Assembly: GCA_009885085.1 (NCBI GenBank)
Contig: VFLK01000009.1
Coordinates: 3,810-67,809 of the forward strand
Length of the DNA: 64,000 bases
Direction of reading: 5' to 3'
From: Minisyncoccota bacterium
Lineage (GTDB): Bacteria; Patescibacteriota; Microgenomatia; UBA1400; PJMF01
In this document: one piece after another, positions 1 through 8,764 of the stretch
Position numbering within the stretch: the first letter of the stretch is position 1
How the letters are laid out: every line of letters begins with the position of its first letter
Position numbers and translations under genes: made by a program
The notes under the pieces: model-generated
What the model saw: the letters and a program-made list of their open reading frames with translations, nothing else
Database searches by the model: none
Told to the model about the DNA's origin: nothing

Positions 1-312
1 CATTAACCAATTGGTTTCAAAGAAAAAGTTTTTGATGACAGAATGTAAAAGAAAGCCAACAATTGCGGTTGGAATGAAAGATAAAATTAATTTTTTGATT
101 AATGACCAATCGGAAATCAATTCTTTTCCATAAATAGAGAGGACAGCAAGGATTGCGCCGGCTTGAATAAAAACTTCAAAAAGCTTGAGAAATTCAGTGT
201 TTTCTAGGCGAAATATTTGACTAGTGAAAATTAAATGAAAAGTTGAGGAAACTGGAAGAAATTCCGTAAGTCCTTCAATAATTCCGAGGATAAGTGATTG
301 CCAAATTTGCAT
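1..312 (-). CDS. uppP: Undecaprenyl-diphosphate phosphatase (5' part; runs off window edge)
   Basis: Manual translation from ATG at 312 gives [27 protein letters not shown]...[12 protein letters not shown], the BacA/UppP signature. Confidence 0.93.
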   Translation of the reverse strand, partial: MQIWQSLILGIIEGLTEFLPVSSTFHLIFTSQIFRLENTEFLKLFEVFIQAGAILAVLSIYGKELISDWSLIKKLILSFIPTAIVGFLLHSVIKNFFFETNWLM

Positions 313-405
313 ATTCTAGATGATTATATGAGAAATCTAATGAATGTGATATGGGAAAAGTTTTGAAGATGAGTGTTTCTTTGTTTCAAATTAACTACTT
401 CATCA

Positions 406-434
406 TTGACAACTACTTCATATACTTGTAGTAT
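406..434 (+). promoter_or_regulatory. Sigma70-type promoter TTGACA-17bp-TAGTAT for the 541-2530 cluster
   Basis: Perfect -35 at 406-411 and -10 at 429-434; direct repeats AACTACTTCAT at 393 and 411. Confidence 0.6.
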
Positions 435-540
435 TGTAAGTGTGACAACTATTGATACAGAATAACTCCTTCTCTAGACAAATCAATTTTTATTCAATAT
501 ATACCTATAGAAATAATAATAAAGAAAGCGAGAATCCATT

Positions 541-930
541 ATGAGTGAATTAATTATAACTAAGAAAGTGCAGCCTCAAGTTAGAGGAGAAGCCCCTCAA
601 AAAGTTTATGAAAAGAAAAAGGGAATTATTAGATCTAATCAAGTAATTTGGTATATTTTGGGTCTAATAGAAGTATTGTTGTCTTTTAGATTTCTTATGA
701 AGGCGCTGGGAGCAAGTACCGCATCAGGATTTACTAGTTTCATTTACGGAATTACTACTCCGCTAACATTGCCATTTAATGGTATTTTGCGAGGGTTTTC
801 ATTTGGAAATTCCATTTTTGAATGGTCAACAGTTATTGCTGGAGCGGTTTACTTATGTGTTGCTTGGGGACTTGTGTATCTTTTGGAATTAATTTACCCA
901 ATTTCACCTAATGATGTAGAAACAGAGTAA
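541..930 (+). CDS. YggT-like membrane protein
   Basis: YILGLIEVLLSFRFLMKALGA...FIYGITTPLTLPFNGI pattern; hydrophobic helices. Confidence 0.7.
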   Translation: MSELIITKKVQPQVRGEAPQKVYEKKKGIIRSNQVIWYILGLIEVLLSFRFLMKALGASTASGFTSFIYGITTPLTLPFNGILRGFSFGNSIFEWSTVIAGAVYLCVAWGLVYLLELIYPISPNDVETE

Positions 931-1041
931 TTTAATTTCTGCAATTTATTAACATATTAAGGCTATATAACGAAAATAATACAAACAAAAGAAGATAGAA
1001 TTTTAGAAAAAAAGATATCTGACAAGATAAAAGTTGAAAAC

Positions 1042-1437
1042 TTGGTTAAAAAATCTAACAGAATTTTATACAGTATTTCTTCTCATTATTTTCCGATTGA
1101 TTTATTTCCAAATACGTTGGTAATTGAGGAAGGAAGGGTTAATATTGTTACAAGACAACTTTTTTCCTCGCAGGTTTACAGTGTGGATATTAGAAACATA
1201 TCAAATGTATTGATTAATACAACGTTTTTTTTCTCTCAGCTAGTGATAGTTTCTAAAACTTTTGAAGAAAATGAAATTGAGATTCAATATTTGAGAAAAA
1301 GTGAAGCAATTTTTGCTAGAAGAATTATTGAGGGTTTGAGAACCTTTGAAAATCAGAATATAACAACTTCTTCCTATACCAAAAAAGAATTACTTCTCAA
1401 ACTTCAACAGCTAAGTACAACAGAAATTGTTTTATAG
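1042..1437 (+). CDS. Conserved hypothetical protein (PH-like fold suspected); true start may be upstream
   Basis: ORF track; frame stays open back to 961. Confidence 0.55.
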   Translation: MVKKSNRILYSISSHYFPIDLFPNTLVIEEGRVNIVTRQLFSSQVYSVDIRNISNVLINTTFFFSQLVIVSKTFEENEIEIQYLRKSEAIFARRIIEGLRTFENQNITTSSYTKKELLLKLQQLSTTEIVL

Positions 1438-1469
1438 ATTTGTAATAAAAATAACAGAAAGAAGTGAGT

Positions 1470-1712
1470 ATGAACATATTAATATGGATAATATTTGGAG
1501 CATTAGCCGGATGGTTGGCTAGTGTTTTTATGAAGAGCAATCAAAGTACATTGGAAGATATAGTTCTCGGGATAGTCGGAGCATTTGTGGGTGGAATTGT
1601 GATGAACTTTTTTGGTCAAGCTGGGGTAACTGGATTTAATCTTCGCAGCATTGTTGTTGCATCATTAGGAGCAGCAGTCATTATTTTAATTGCTAGAGCT
1701 CTACGTAGATAA
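1470..1712 (+). CDS. GlsB/YeaQ/YmgE family (transglycosylase-associated) membrane protein
   Basis: ILIWIIFGALAGWLAS...IVLGIVGAFVGG signature. Confidence 0.9.
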   Translation: MNILIWIIFGALAGWLASVFMKSNQSTLEDIVLGIVGAFVGGIVMNFFGQAGVTGFNLRSIVVASLGAAVIILIARALRR

Positions 1713-1730
1713 AAATATAAGGAGTTGAAT

Positions 1731-2075
1731 ATGTTAATTTTAATTTTCTTATTATTAGTTGGAGCCGGCTTTACATTTTTGTCTTTGCAAAATACAGCTA
1801 TCGTTTCTTTGAATTTTTTGAATTATAATTTTCCAAATTTGCCAATTAATTATGTAATCATTGGATCAATACTTTTTGGAGTTGTTTTGGCATACTTTAT
1901 CAGTTTCGTAAATTCAATTTCCACTTCGATGAAAATTCGTGGCCAGAATAACCAGTTAAAGCAAGAAAAAAAAGAAGTCGTTGAACTTACGAAGAGGGTT
2001 CATCAGCTTGAATTAGAAAATGTTGGATTAAAAATCGAAAATTATCCTGACGATACAGATCAGAACGCATTATGA
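1731..2075 (+). CDS. LapA/DUF1049 family membrane protein
   Basis: FLSLQNTAIVSLNFL, a TM helix and a C-terminal coiled coil; AGGAG SD. Confidence 0.75.
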   Translation: MLILIFLLLVGAGFTFLSLQNTAIVSLNFLNYNFPNLPINYVIIGSILFGVVLAYFISFVNSISTSMKIRGQNNQLKQEKKEVVELTKRVHQLELENVGLKIENYPDDTDQNAL

Positions 2076-2530
2076 AACTTATAATGGCTAAGGTCTGGAA
2101 GTTCTTGCACTTACCAAAGAATATACAGCTTTTTTTGATGAGAATATTTCAAGATGTATTTTTGATTGGTGTCACAGGAATAATTTTTAATGATGATAAT
2201 GAAATTCTAGTTTTTAAACATGTCTATCGTACGCATTCCTGGAGTTTGCCAGGTGGATATATTAAATCTGGAGAACACCCTCAGGAGGGAATTGAACGCG
2301 AAATATTTGAGGAATCTGGATTGGTTGTTAGCGCAGACGAGCTGCTAAAAACAAGAACTGATCGAACTTCAGCGCGATTGGATTTGTGTTTTGTGGGTAA
2401 GTTTATAGGTGGTGATTTCAAACCAACCCATGAAGTTACAGAGTATGGTTTTTACACTTTAGAAAATCTTCCCCTTTTACGAACAAATCAATTATTTTTG
2501 ATCGACCAAGCCTTAAAGCAAAGAAAATAA
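2072..2530 (+). CDS. NUDIX hydrolase
   Basis: Nudix box GGYIKSGEHPQEGIEREIFEESG. Confidence 0.88.
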   Translation: MKLIMAKVWKFLHLPKNIQLFLMRIFQDVFLIGVTGIIFNDDNEILVFKHVYRTHSWSLPGGYIKSGEHPQEGIEREIFEESGLVVSADELLKTRTDRTSARLDLCFVGKFIGGDFKPTHEVTEYGFYTLENLPLLRTNQLFLIDQALKQRK

Positions 2531-2699
2531 ATTATTCCCAATAATTATAATAATTTTGTTAATTCAATTTTAGAAGGAACTCATTTTGAAAATTACTATT
2601 TGACGATGGCAGATTTAACTGTCCATAGCTCATCAAAAGGATTTATACTTAGCATATCGATATCATAAATTTAGAAAATGGTAAGGAGGAGGCAAAACA

Positions 2700-3273
2700 A
2701 TGTTAAACAGTAAACTTAAACATAATTTAACTTTGAGACAAGCTGAAGAATTACTTCAAATATGTAAGGTTCGTTTTGAGGGAAATATGAGTCGTCATAA
2801 TGGTCTCTTTTGGTATAAAGTACAAGAAAAACTAGAAGCCAGTCCTGATAAGCTTTGGTCATTGAATGAAATGGAAAAAACCGGTGGTGAACCCGATGTT
2901 GTCGGTTTTGATAAAAAAAACGGCCAATACATTATTTTTTGATTGCACTGCTGAGACCCCACTTGGTCGCAGAAATCTTTGTTACGACCAGGAAGCATTA
3001 GATTCTAGAAAAAAATTTAAACCAAAAGACAGCGCAATTAATATAGCAGCCAACATGGGAGTTGAGCTTTTGACCGAAGAGCAATATCGAGATTTGCAGA
3101 AGCTTGGAAAGTTTGATCAAAAAACTTCGAGCTGGCTTAAAACCCCTTTAGAAATCAGAAAATTAGGTGGCGCTATTTTTGCTGACCGTCGCTATGATCA
3201 TGTTTTTATTCATCATAATGGTGCAGATTCTTATTATGGTGTTAGAGGATTTAGAGCTTCTTTAATAGTCTAA
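2700..3273 (+). pseudogene. DUF4256 family protein, frameshifted near 2931-2940
   Basis: N-half (RFEGNMSRH...SLNEMEKTGGEPDVV) and C-half (DCTAETPLGRRNLCYD...FDQKTSSW...HNGADSYYGVRGFR) lie in adjacent frames, joined at ATTATTTTTTGAT. Confidence 0.75.
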
Positions 3274-3449
3274 ATTTATGATTAATCACGATGCTTGGTT
3301 ATCAGCTCCTGATCCCGTTCCAACTGCTGAAAAATATTTCTTTTCAAATTTGGGAAACTTTGAATTGAGGGATGATTTCGATACGATCAATTTGCATATA
3401 AATAAAACTCTAAAACTTTTAAGTTATTGTAGTTTACAATACATTTAAG

Positions 3450-3743
3450 ATGCTGAAAAAATATTTTAAATATATTAAAGATAATCCCCATAATTATTGG
3501 TTCAAAGCTAAGCTTTATGGATATGGATGGACTCCGGTTAAGTGGCGGGGATGGCTAGTGCTTTCTATATTTTTATTGTTTATCTTATGGAACGCATCGA
3601 CCTTGCCAATAAGTGAATCTGTCAATGAAGATGCGGTTCTGGTTTGGTTTTTGGTAAAAACTTTTAGTGCAGTTTTAATTTTAGTGTGGATCTGTTACTT
3701 AAAAGGTGAGAAACCTAGATGGAGATGGGGTTTGCCAAAATGA
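3450..3743 (+). CDS. Hypothetical 2-TM membrane protein
   Basis: WFKAKLYGYGWTPVKWRGW...KGEKPRWRWG motif with two hydrophobic stretches. Confidence 0.7.
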   Translation: MLKKYFKYIKDNPHNYWFKAKLYGYGWTPVKWRGWLVLSIFLLFILWNASTLPISESVNEDAVLVWFLVKTFSAVLILVWICYLKGEKPRWRWGLPK

Positions 3744-3761
3744 AAATATTGAGAAAATAAT

Positions 3762-5000
3762 TTATTTGATTAGAATTGTTGCCAAACCTAAGAACGTTAC
3801 AAACCCAAAAACATCTGTTGCTGTAGTAATAAAGATTGTAGCCGATGATGCCGGATCTTTTCCTAATTTTTTCATGACAACAGGTACGATTGTTCCAAAA
3901 GTTGAAGAAACAATCAAATTTACAATCATAGCTATGGCGAGAATAATGGCAACTAATATGTCATGATTTAACAGCGTAACAACAACTGCGACAATCAGGC
4001 CATTAATTAGGCCGTTGGTAGCGCCACTTATAATTTCATTTTTCAAGGCGTGAAGTACCATTTTTAAATTTAGCTCAGTATTTGAAAGACTCCTAATCAT
4101 GACTGCCAGTGTTTGAGTGCCAGAATTACCGCCCATGCCAGCAACTATTGGCATATAGACAGCTAATAAAACGTTTTTGGCAATGACATCTGAAAATGAT
4201 TTGACAACAAATGAAGCCAAAAATGCTGTTGCTAAGTTGATCATCAGCCATTTATATCGAAATTTAATTTTTTTTGGAGCAGAATCAAATACAGTTTCCT
4301 CTTCGCTGACTCCGGCAAAGTTATAAAGGGTGGCAGATGATTGTTCTCCTATCAAACCTAAAATATCTTCAGAATAAATTATTCCGACAACTGCATCATT
4401 TTCATTTAAGACCACTACTTTGTTGTATGCATTTTGTTTAAAAAGTTTAATGACCTTATTATATTCAGAAGAGTGGCGAATAACATTAATTTTTTTAACA
4501 TATTCTTTTATTTTTTTGGATTTATTAGCAAGTGCAATTGATGAAAATGAGAGATATCCTGTTAACTTGCCCTCGGTCATTACTAGAATTGTTGGGAGTT
4601 TTCCAGTGCGCTTTTCATTCACTTTTAATTGTTCAATTACATCAGAGATTGTAGCATCACCATCGACTTGGATGTAATTTAAATTCATTAATCCCGCGGC
4701 AGTTTTTGGATCAAATTTAAGAAGTGTGGAAACACTTTGCTGATAATATTCGCTTAGTTGAGTGATCAACAGATCCTGTCTTTTTTTAGGAAGATAACGC
4801 AAAATGTTAGTTACGTCATCCGGATCAAGAAATTCTAGAAACGCAGAAATTTCTGGATCTTGCAGTTGTAAGATAAGCTGTTTTTGAACTCTTTTGGAAA
4901 GCTGGTTAATTGTCAGTGCTTGTTCTTTTGGAACTAGAGCTAAAAATAGATCGACTCTACTTTTGGAATTGTATGAAATATCGTGAACTGTAGATGACAT
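3762..5000 (-). CDS. mgtE: Magnesium transporter MgtE
   Basis: N domain, CBS pair, and PIVAGMGGNSGTQ and DPASSATIFITTATDVFG TM motifs. Confidence 0.93.
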   Translation of the reverse strand: MSSTVHDISYNSKSRVDLFLALVPKEQALTINQLSKRVQKQLILQLQDPEISAFLEFLDPDDVTNILRYLPKKRQDLLITQLSEYYQQSVSTLLKFDPKTAAGLMNLNYIQVDGDATISDVIEQLKVNEKRTGKLPTILVMTEGKLTGYLSFSSIALANKSKKIKEYVKKINVIRHSSEYNKVIKLFKQNAYNKVVVLNENDAVVGIIYSEDILGLIGEQSSATLYNFAGVSEEETVFDSAPKKIKFRYKWLMINLATAFLASFVVKSFSDVIAKNVLLAVYMPIVAGMGGNSGTQTLAVMIRSLSNTELNLKMVLHALKNEIISGATNGLINGLIVAVVVTLLNHDILVAIILAIAMIVNLIVSSTFGTIVPVVMKKLGKDPASSATIFITTATDVFGFVTFLGLATILIK

Positions 5001-5098
5001 AGTTACATCTGATTATAATCACTTAAAAATGAAGTTACTACAGCAACTACGTTAGTAATGTTTTTGATTATTATTGACTGCTAGCTGTTTATTGGTAT

Positions 5099-6004
5099 TT
5101 ATTTGCTAATTCTCGCAAACATCCCAGTAGACAATAATCTGTCAGAATTTGCTTGCTCCAAAAATAGCTCTCCGGACTCAATTTTATAGTCTGATTTTGC
5201 TATAACATTACTTATAATTATATCTTCTAGCATTTCGCCCAATCTATCTGCGGAAATAGAAACTGCATAAGCATTTACCAAAACAAAAAGTGGATTTTCA
5301 ACTAAAATTTGACTACACAATTCTAATAACTGCGGAAATAAAGATTTAAAATTCCAAATTTCACCATTTGTTCCGTGTCCATATGCCGGTGGATCCATAA
5401 TAATACCGTCATATTTAACACCTCTTTTTATTTCCCGCTTCACAAACTTTACAACGTCATCAAGAATCCATCTGATTGATCTTTCATCAAGTCCTGAAGC
5501 TAATTGATTTTGTTTAGCCCAACCAATTGACGATCTAGAAGAATCAACATGAGTAATTTTTGCACCCATTTTTGCACACACGACACTTGCCATTCCTGTG
5601 TAAGCAAACAGATTTAAAATGTGAGGCTGGTACTCAGGATTTTGTTTTTTTTGTTCAGCTAAAATATTTTTAATCCAACTCCAATTAGCGCTTTGTTCTG
5701 GAAATACACCAGTATGTTTAAACGGAGAAAGGTGCACTGTTGAAACCAAATCTTGCCAAGTCATTTTCCATGATTCTGGTAGCGGTTTATTAGTTTTCCA
5801 ATAACCTTTGTCACCTTTAGTTCTTATAAAAATTGCATCAGCCTTGTCCCAAATTTCTTGGGGTTGGGATTTTGACCAAGTTATTTCAGGGTATGGGCGT
5901 TCTAGAATAATATTGCCAAATCTTTCGAGTCTACTACCATCTCCGGTGTCAATTAATTCGTAGTCATCCCAGGCTATTTGCTTTTTAATTATAGATTGAT
6001 TCAT
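5099..6004 (-). CDS. SAM-dependent methyltransferase (RlmI/YwbD-like)
   Basis: YELIDTGDGSRLERFG, FKHTGVFPEQ, LNLFAYTG and IMDPPAYG motifs. Confidence 0.85.
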   Translation of the reverse strand: MNQSIIKKQIAWDDYELIDTGDGSRLERFGNIILERPYPEITWSKSQPQEIWDKADAIFIRTKGDKGYWKTNKPLPESWKMTWQDLVSTVHLSPFKHTGVFPEQSANWSWIKNILAEQKKQNPEYQPHILNLFAYTGMASVVCAKMGAKITHVDSSRSSIGWAKQNQLASGLDERSIRWILDDVVKFVKREIKRGVKYDGIIMDPPAYGHGTNGEIWNFKSLFPQLLELCSQILVENPLFVLVNAYAVSISADRLGEMLEDIIISNVIAKSDYKIESGELFLEQANSDRLLSTGMFARISK

Positions 6005-6079
6005 AGGCTAGATATTATAGCATCAGATGCAATCCTCTTTCGTAGTGACTAGCGTCAAAAAAATTGTTATATTTAATGT

Positions 6080-6232
6080 ATGAAAAAAAAGAAACTAAAT
6101 CTTCCAAAAAATCTAACTACCGTGACAACATTTTCTAAGACGTTAGCATTATTATTATTTATTGTTTTGCCAATAATTGGGTTTTACTTGGGCTATGAAT
6201 ATGCAGAGCTTAGAATTTTATCCATTTATTAA
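6080..6232 (+). CDS. Small single-TM protein (50 aa; absent from ORF track)
   Basis: MKKKKLNLPKNLTTVTTFSKTLALLLFIVLPIIGFYLGYEYAELRILSIY; extended -10 six nt upstream. Confidence 0.65.
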   Translation: MKKKKLNLPKNLTTVTTFSKTLALLLFIVLPIIGFYLGYEYAELRILSIY

Positions 6233-6352
6233 CATGGGTGAAATTCTTGTAAACTGTGATATAAATTCTGCTACCAAATTTTAAGTACTAAATTCGCGTA
6301 ATTTGATTTAATAAACATTTTTTTGAAAATACAAAATAAAAAGGAAAAATAT

Positions 6353-7021
6353 ATGAAAAATAAGCTCGCCTACTTAACAGCACTCATTACAATTTTGACA
6401 TTACCCGGAACAGCACATGCTGAATACAAGCAAATTGGCACAGATCAAGGAAACAATCTAGAAGGTCAGCAAGATTCAATGATGCAATATAAAATAAATG
6501 AAAATGAGATTGAATCAGACTCAGAAGACGTTGATAAAGCAGTAATAGATCCCAAAAAAAACGAATTTTTGATGATGCAATATAAAATAAATGAAAATGA
6601 GATGGAATCAGATGTAGTGGATTCTAATAAGGCTGCTGTTAATCCTAAAAAGACTCAGATTCTCAAAAATAACCCAGAGCTTGGCGATGATATCAAAACA
6701 ATGATTGAAGATCAAGAAAAATCTCAAAAAACAACAATGGAATCATTGGAGAAGATGAATAAAAGAAATAAAGCTCTAAAACTTATGATCGGTTCAGATC
6801 ATAGAAATGCGGCCAAAGTTAGAAATGAAATTAATGATTTAAGAAGGAATATTACGAAGTTAGAGAAGCTAAAAGAAACTGCCTCAGAAGCTGATGCAGA
6901 AATCTTGCAAACATCGATTGATGGGTTTAAAACAGAGGCCGACAATCTTGAAGCAAAATTAAAAGAAGAAACTTCAGGTTTCAGTTTTTTTGGTTGGCTT
7001 CCAAGAATGTTTAGTAATTAG
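6353..7021 (+). CDS. Secreted coiled-coil hypothetical protein
   Basis: Signal peptide ending AHA; coiled coil; amphipathic tail FSFFGWL; AAGGA SD. Confidence 0.7.
   Translation: MKNKLAYLTALITILTLPGTAHAEYKQIGTDQGNNLEGQQDSMMQYKINENEIESDSEDVDKAVIDPKKNEFLMMQYKINENEMESDVVDSNKAAVNPKKTQILKNNPELGDDIKTMIEDQEKSQKTTMESLEKMNKRNKALKLMIGSDHRNAAKVRNEINDLRRNITKLEKLKETASEADAEILQTSIDGFKTEADNLEAKLKEETSGFSFFGWLPRMFSN
6479..6651 (+). repeat. 93-bp imperfect in-frame duplication
   Basis: ATGATGCAATATAAAATAAATGAAAATGAGAT at 6479 and 6572 (MMQYKINENE twice). Confidence 0.85.
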
Positions 7022-7038
7022 CATGGATTTTCATATTT

Positions 7039-7617
7039 ATGAAAACTATATATCTGGTTCGCCATGCAGAATATGAAAACCCAAATAATATTCTTGTAGG
7101 CAGACTTCCAGTAAAGCTTTCTGAAGCTGGAAAACAGCAAGCACAAAAACTTGCAACTTTTTTTAAAGACAAAAACATAGTTCAAATATACTCAAGTCCA
7201 GTGTTAAGGTGCAAACAAACTAGTGAAATAATTGCGTCTAATAAAATTCCAATTAAGCATGACCTGAGACTAGCGGAAACGTTATCCGCATTTCAAGGAT
7301 ATTGGGAGTTCAATTGGGATTACTTTTTTAAACATGTTGATGAGCTTGGTGGTGAGACACCTGAAGATATTTATAAAAGAATGTTAAGTTTTTGGGACGA
7401 GCTTGATAAAAAAAGTGATGGAGATATAATTATCTGCTCGCACGGTGATCCCTTATATTTACTTTATGCAAATTTAGCTGGAATTCCATTGCCAACCATT
7501 AGAGAAATTTATCAAATACCAGAGGAAAGATATCAACCAAAAGCTTCAATTAGAACAATATTCCTAGATACACTAGAAAATGATAAAGTTTCGATTGGGC
7601 CAATTATCAATCTATAG
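7039..7617 (+). CDS. Histidine phosphatase (phosphoglycerate mutase family)
   Basis: LVRHAE, SSPVLRCKQT and SHGD motifs. Confidence 0.88.
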   Translation: MKTIYLVRHAEYENPNNILVGRLPVKLSEAGKQQAQKLATFFKDKNIVQIYSSPVLRCKQTSEIIASNKIPIKHDLRLAETLSAFQGYWEFNWDYFFKHVDELGGETPEDIYKRMLSFWDELDKKSDGDIIICSHGDPLYLLYANLAGIPLPTIREIYQIPEERYQPKASIRTIFLDTLENDKVSIGPIINL

Positions 7618-8260
7618 ATTCTGAGGTTTTAGAGACTTTTGCTTTTGGAGCTTTTTTGGCTTTTGCTTTTTTCTTTTCGACCTTTGCTGGAGCAACTTCA
7701 TCATTTATCTCTTTAGTCACTTCTACAGCAGGAGCAATTTCTTTGGTAGATTTTGGTTTTTTGGCCATTACTTTTTCTGTAATGACTTTTATTTCGTTTA
7801 ATTCAGCAACATCAGCTCTAGAATTCAAGAATTTGAAAATTTTATCTAACTTTGAGTTAATAATCTCAAATTGTTTGTTGTAGTTTTCTTGAGGTCTAGC
7901 TGTTGGAGGAGAGAAACTTCTTTTGTTAGGTGAAAAACTAGGTCTTCTGGAATTACCGTCGCTATTTCCGCCACCGTTGCCTCTTTTTTCAAAACAATTA
8001 CTACAATAAACAGGTTTTCCTGAGCTAGGCATGAAAGGAACTTTGCAATTTCCACCACAATCTGCACAAACTGCGTCATGCATTTGAGCTGGCCCAGAAT
8101 TTTGTGAACCAAAACGAGGTCTATCTGAACCACGTCTGTCAGAACCTCTACTGTCAAAACCACGACTTTCGGATCCTCTACTATCAGAACCTCTGCGATC
8201 GGATCTTTGTCCTCCCTGTGGTTTTCTAAATTTATTTGTGTCGTTGTTGTAATTATTCAT
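7607..8260 (-). CDS. CxxC-x17-CxxC zinc-ribbon domain protein with RG/S-rich N-terminus
   Basis: MHDAVCADCGGNCKVPFMPSSGKPVYCSNCF; ATG at 8260 lies 6 nt after TGGTATAAT. Confidence 0.85.
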   Translation of the reverse strand: MNNYNNDTNKFRKPQGGQRSDRRGSDSRGSESRGFDSRGSDRRGSDRPRFGSQNSGPAQMHDAVCADCGGNCKVPFMPSSGKPVYCSNCFEKRGNGGGNSDGNSRRPSFSPNKRSFSPPTARPQENYNKQFEIINSKLDKIFKFLNSRADVAELNEIKVITEKVMAKKPKSTKEIAPAVEVTKEINDEVAPAKVEKKKAKAKKAPKAKVSKTSESID

Positions 8261-8429
8261 AAGTGCATTATACCAGGTAAATGTCATATTTACTGTTCAA
8301 AAAGACAATTATTTTTTTGTTTGGCATTTAGCTTAGAGATTGATTGATTAATACTCAAATGATGAATTCAAGTAATGATTTTAAGGTTTAAATTGACTCC
8401 ATCCGATAGATCTGATAAAGTTAACGTAT

Positions 8430-8741
8430 ATGAAATTTAATCTTCGTTTGTTGTATCTATATCTTTTTTCATTTGTTGGGCTTTTGGTTACAATAATAGG
8501 AAGTATTCAAATCGTAGATTTGGTCTTAAAAACTTATATTTTTAAAGTTTCAGCTCCTCAATACTATTCATATCCAGTTATGGAAGGTGAACAGAAAATT
8601 TCTAAAGAAGAGATTGATACGAGAAACAGGCAACAAGAAAGCGATGATATTAAGCGCCAGATGAGTAATTCATTAGCAATGATTCTAGTAGGCACACCAG
8701 TTTATTTGTATCATTGGAAGACGATTAAAAAAGAGAAATAA
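8430..8741 (+). CDS. DUF5671-like 2-TM membrane protein
   Basis: LRLLYLYLFSFVGL...SLAMILVGTPVYLYHW. Confidence 0.65.
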   Translation: MKFNLRLLYLYLFSFVGLLVTIIGSIQIVDLVLKTYIFKVSAPQYYSYPVMEGEQKISKEEIDTRNRQQESDDIKRQMSNSLAMILVGTPVYLYHWKTIKKEK

Positions 8742-8764
8742 TTTTTGATTTAATCCCTTCGAAT

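Noticed and set aside
3278-3448. 56-codon ORF (MINHDAWLSAPDP...)
   Set aside because: It has no SD or recognisable motif and overlaps the likely promoter of the next gene. It may be a remnant but cannot be supported.
5001-5098. M-box riboswitch before mgtE
   Set aside because: The gap is under 100 nt, a -10 lies 11 nt from the ATG, and no matching structure is visible.
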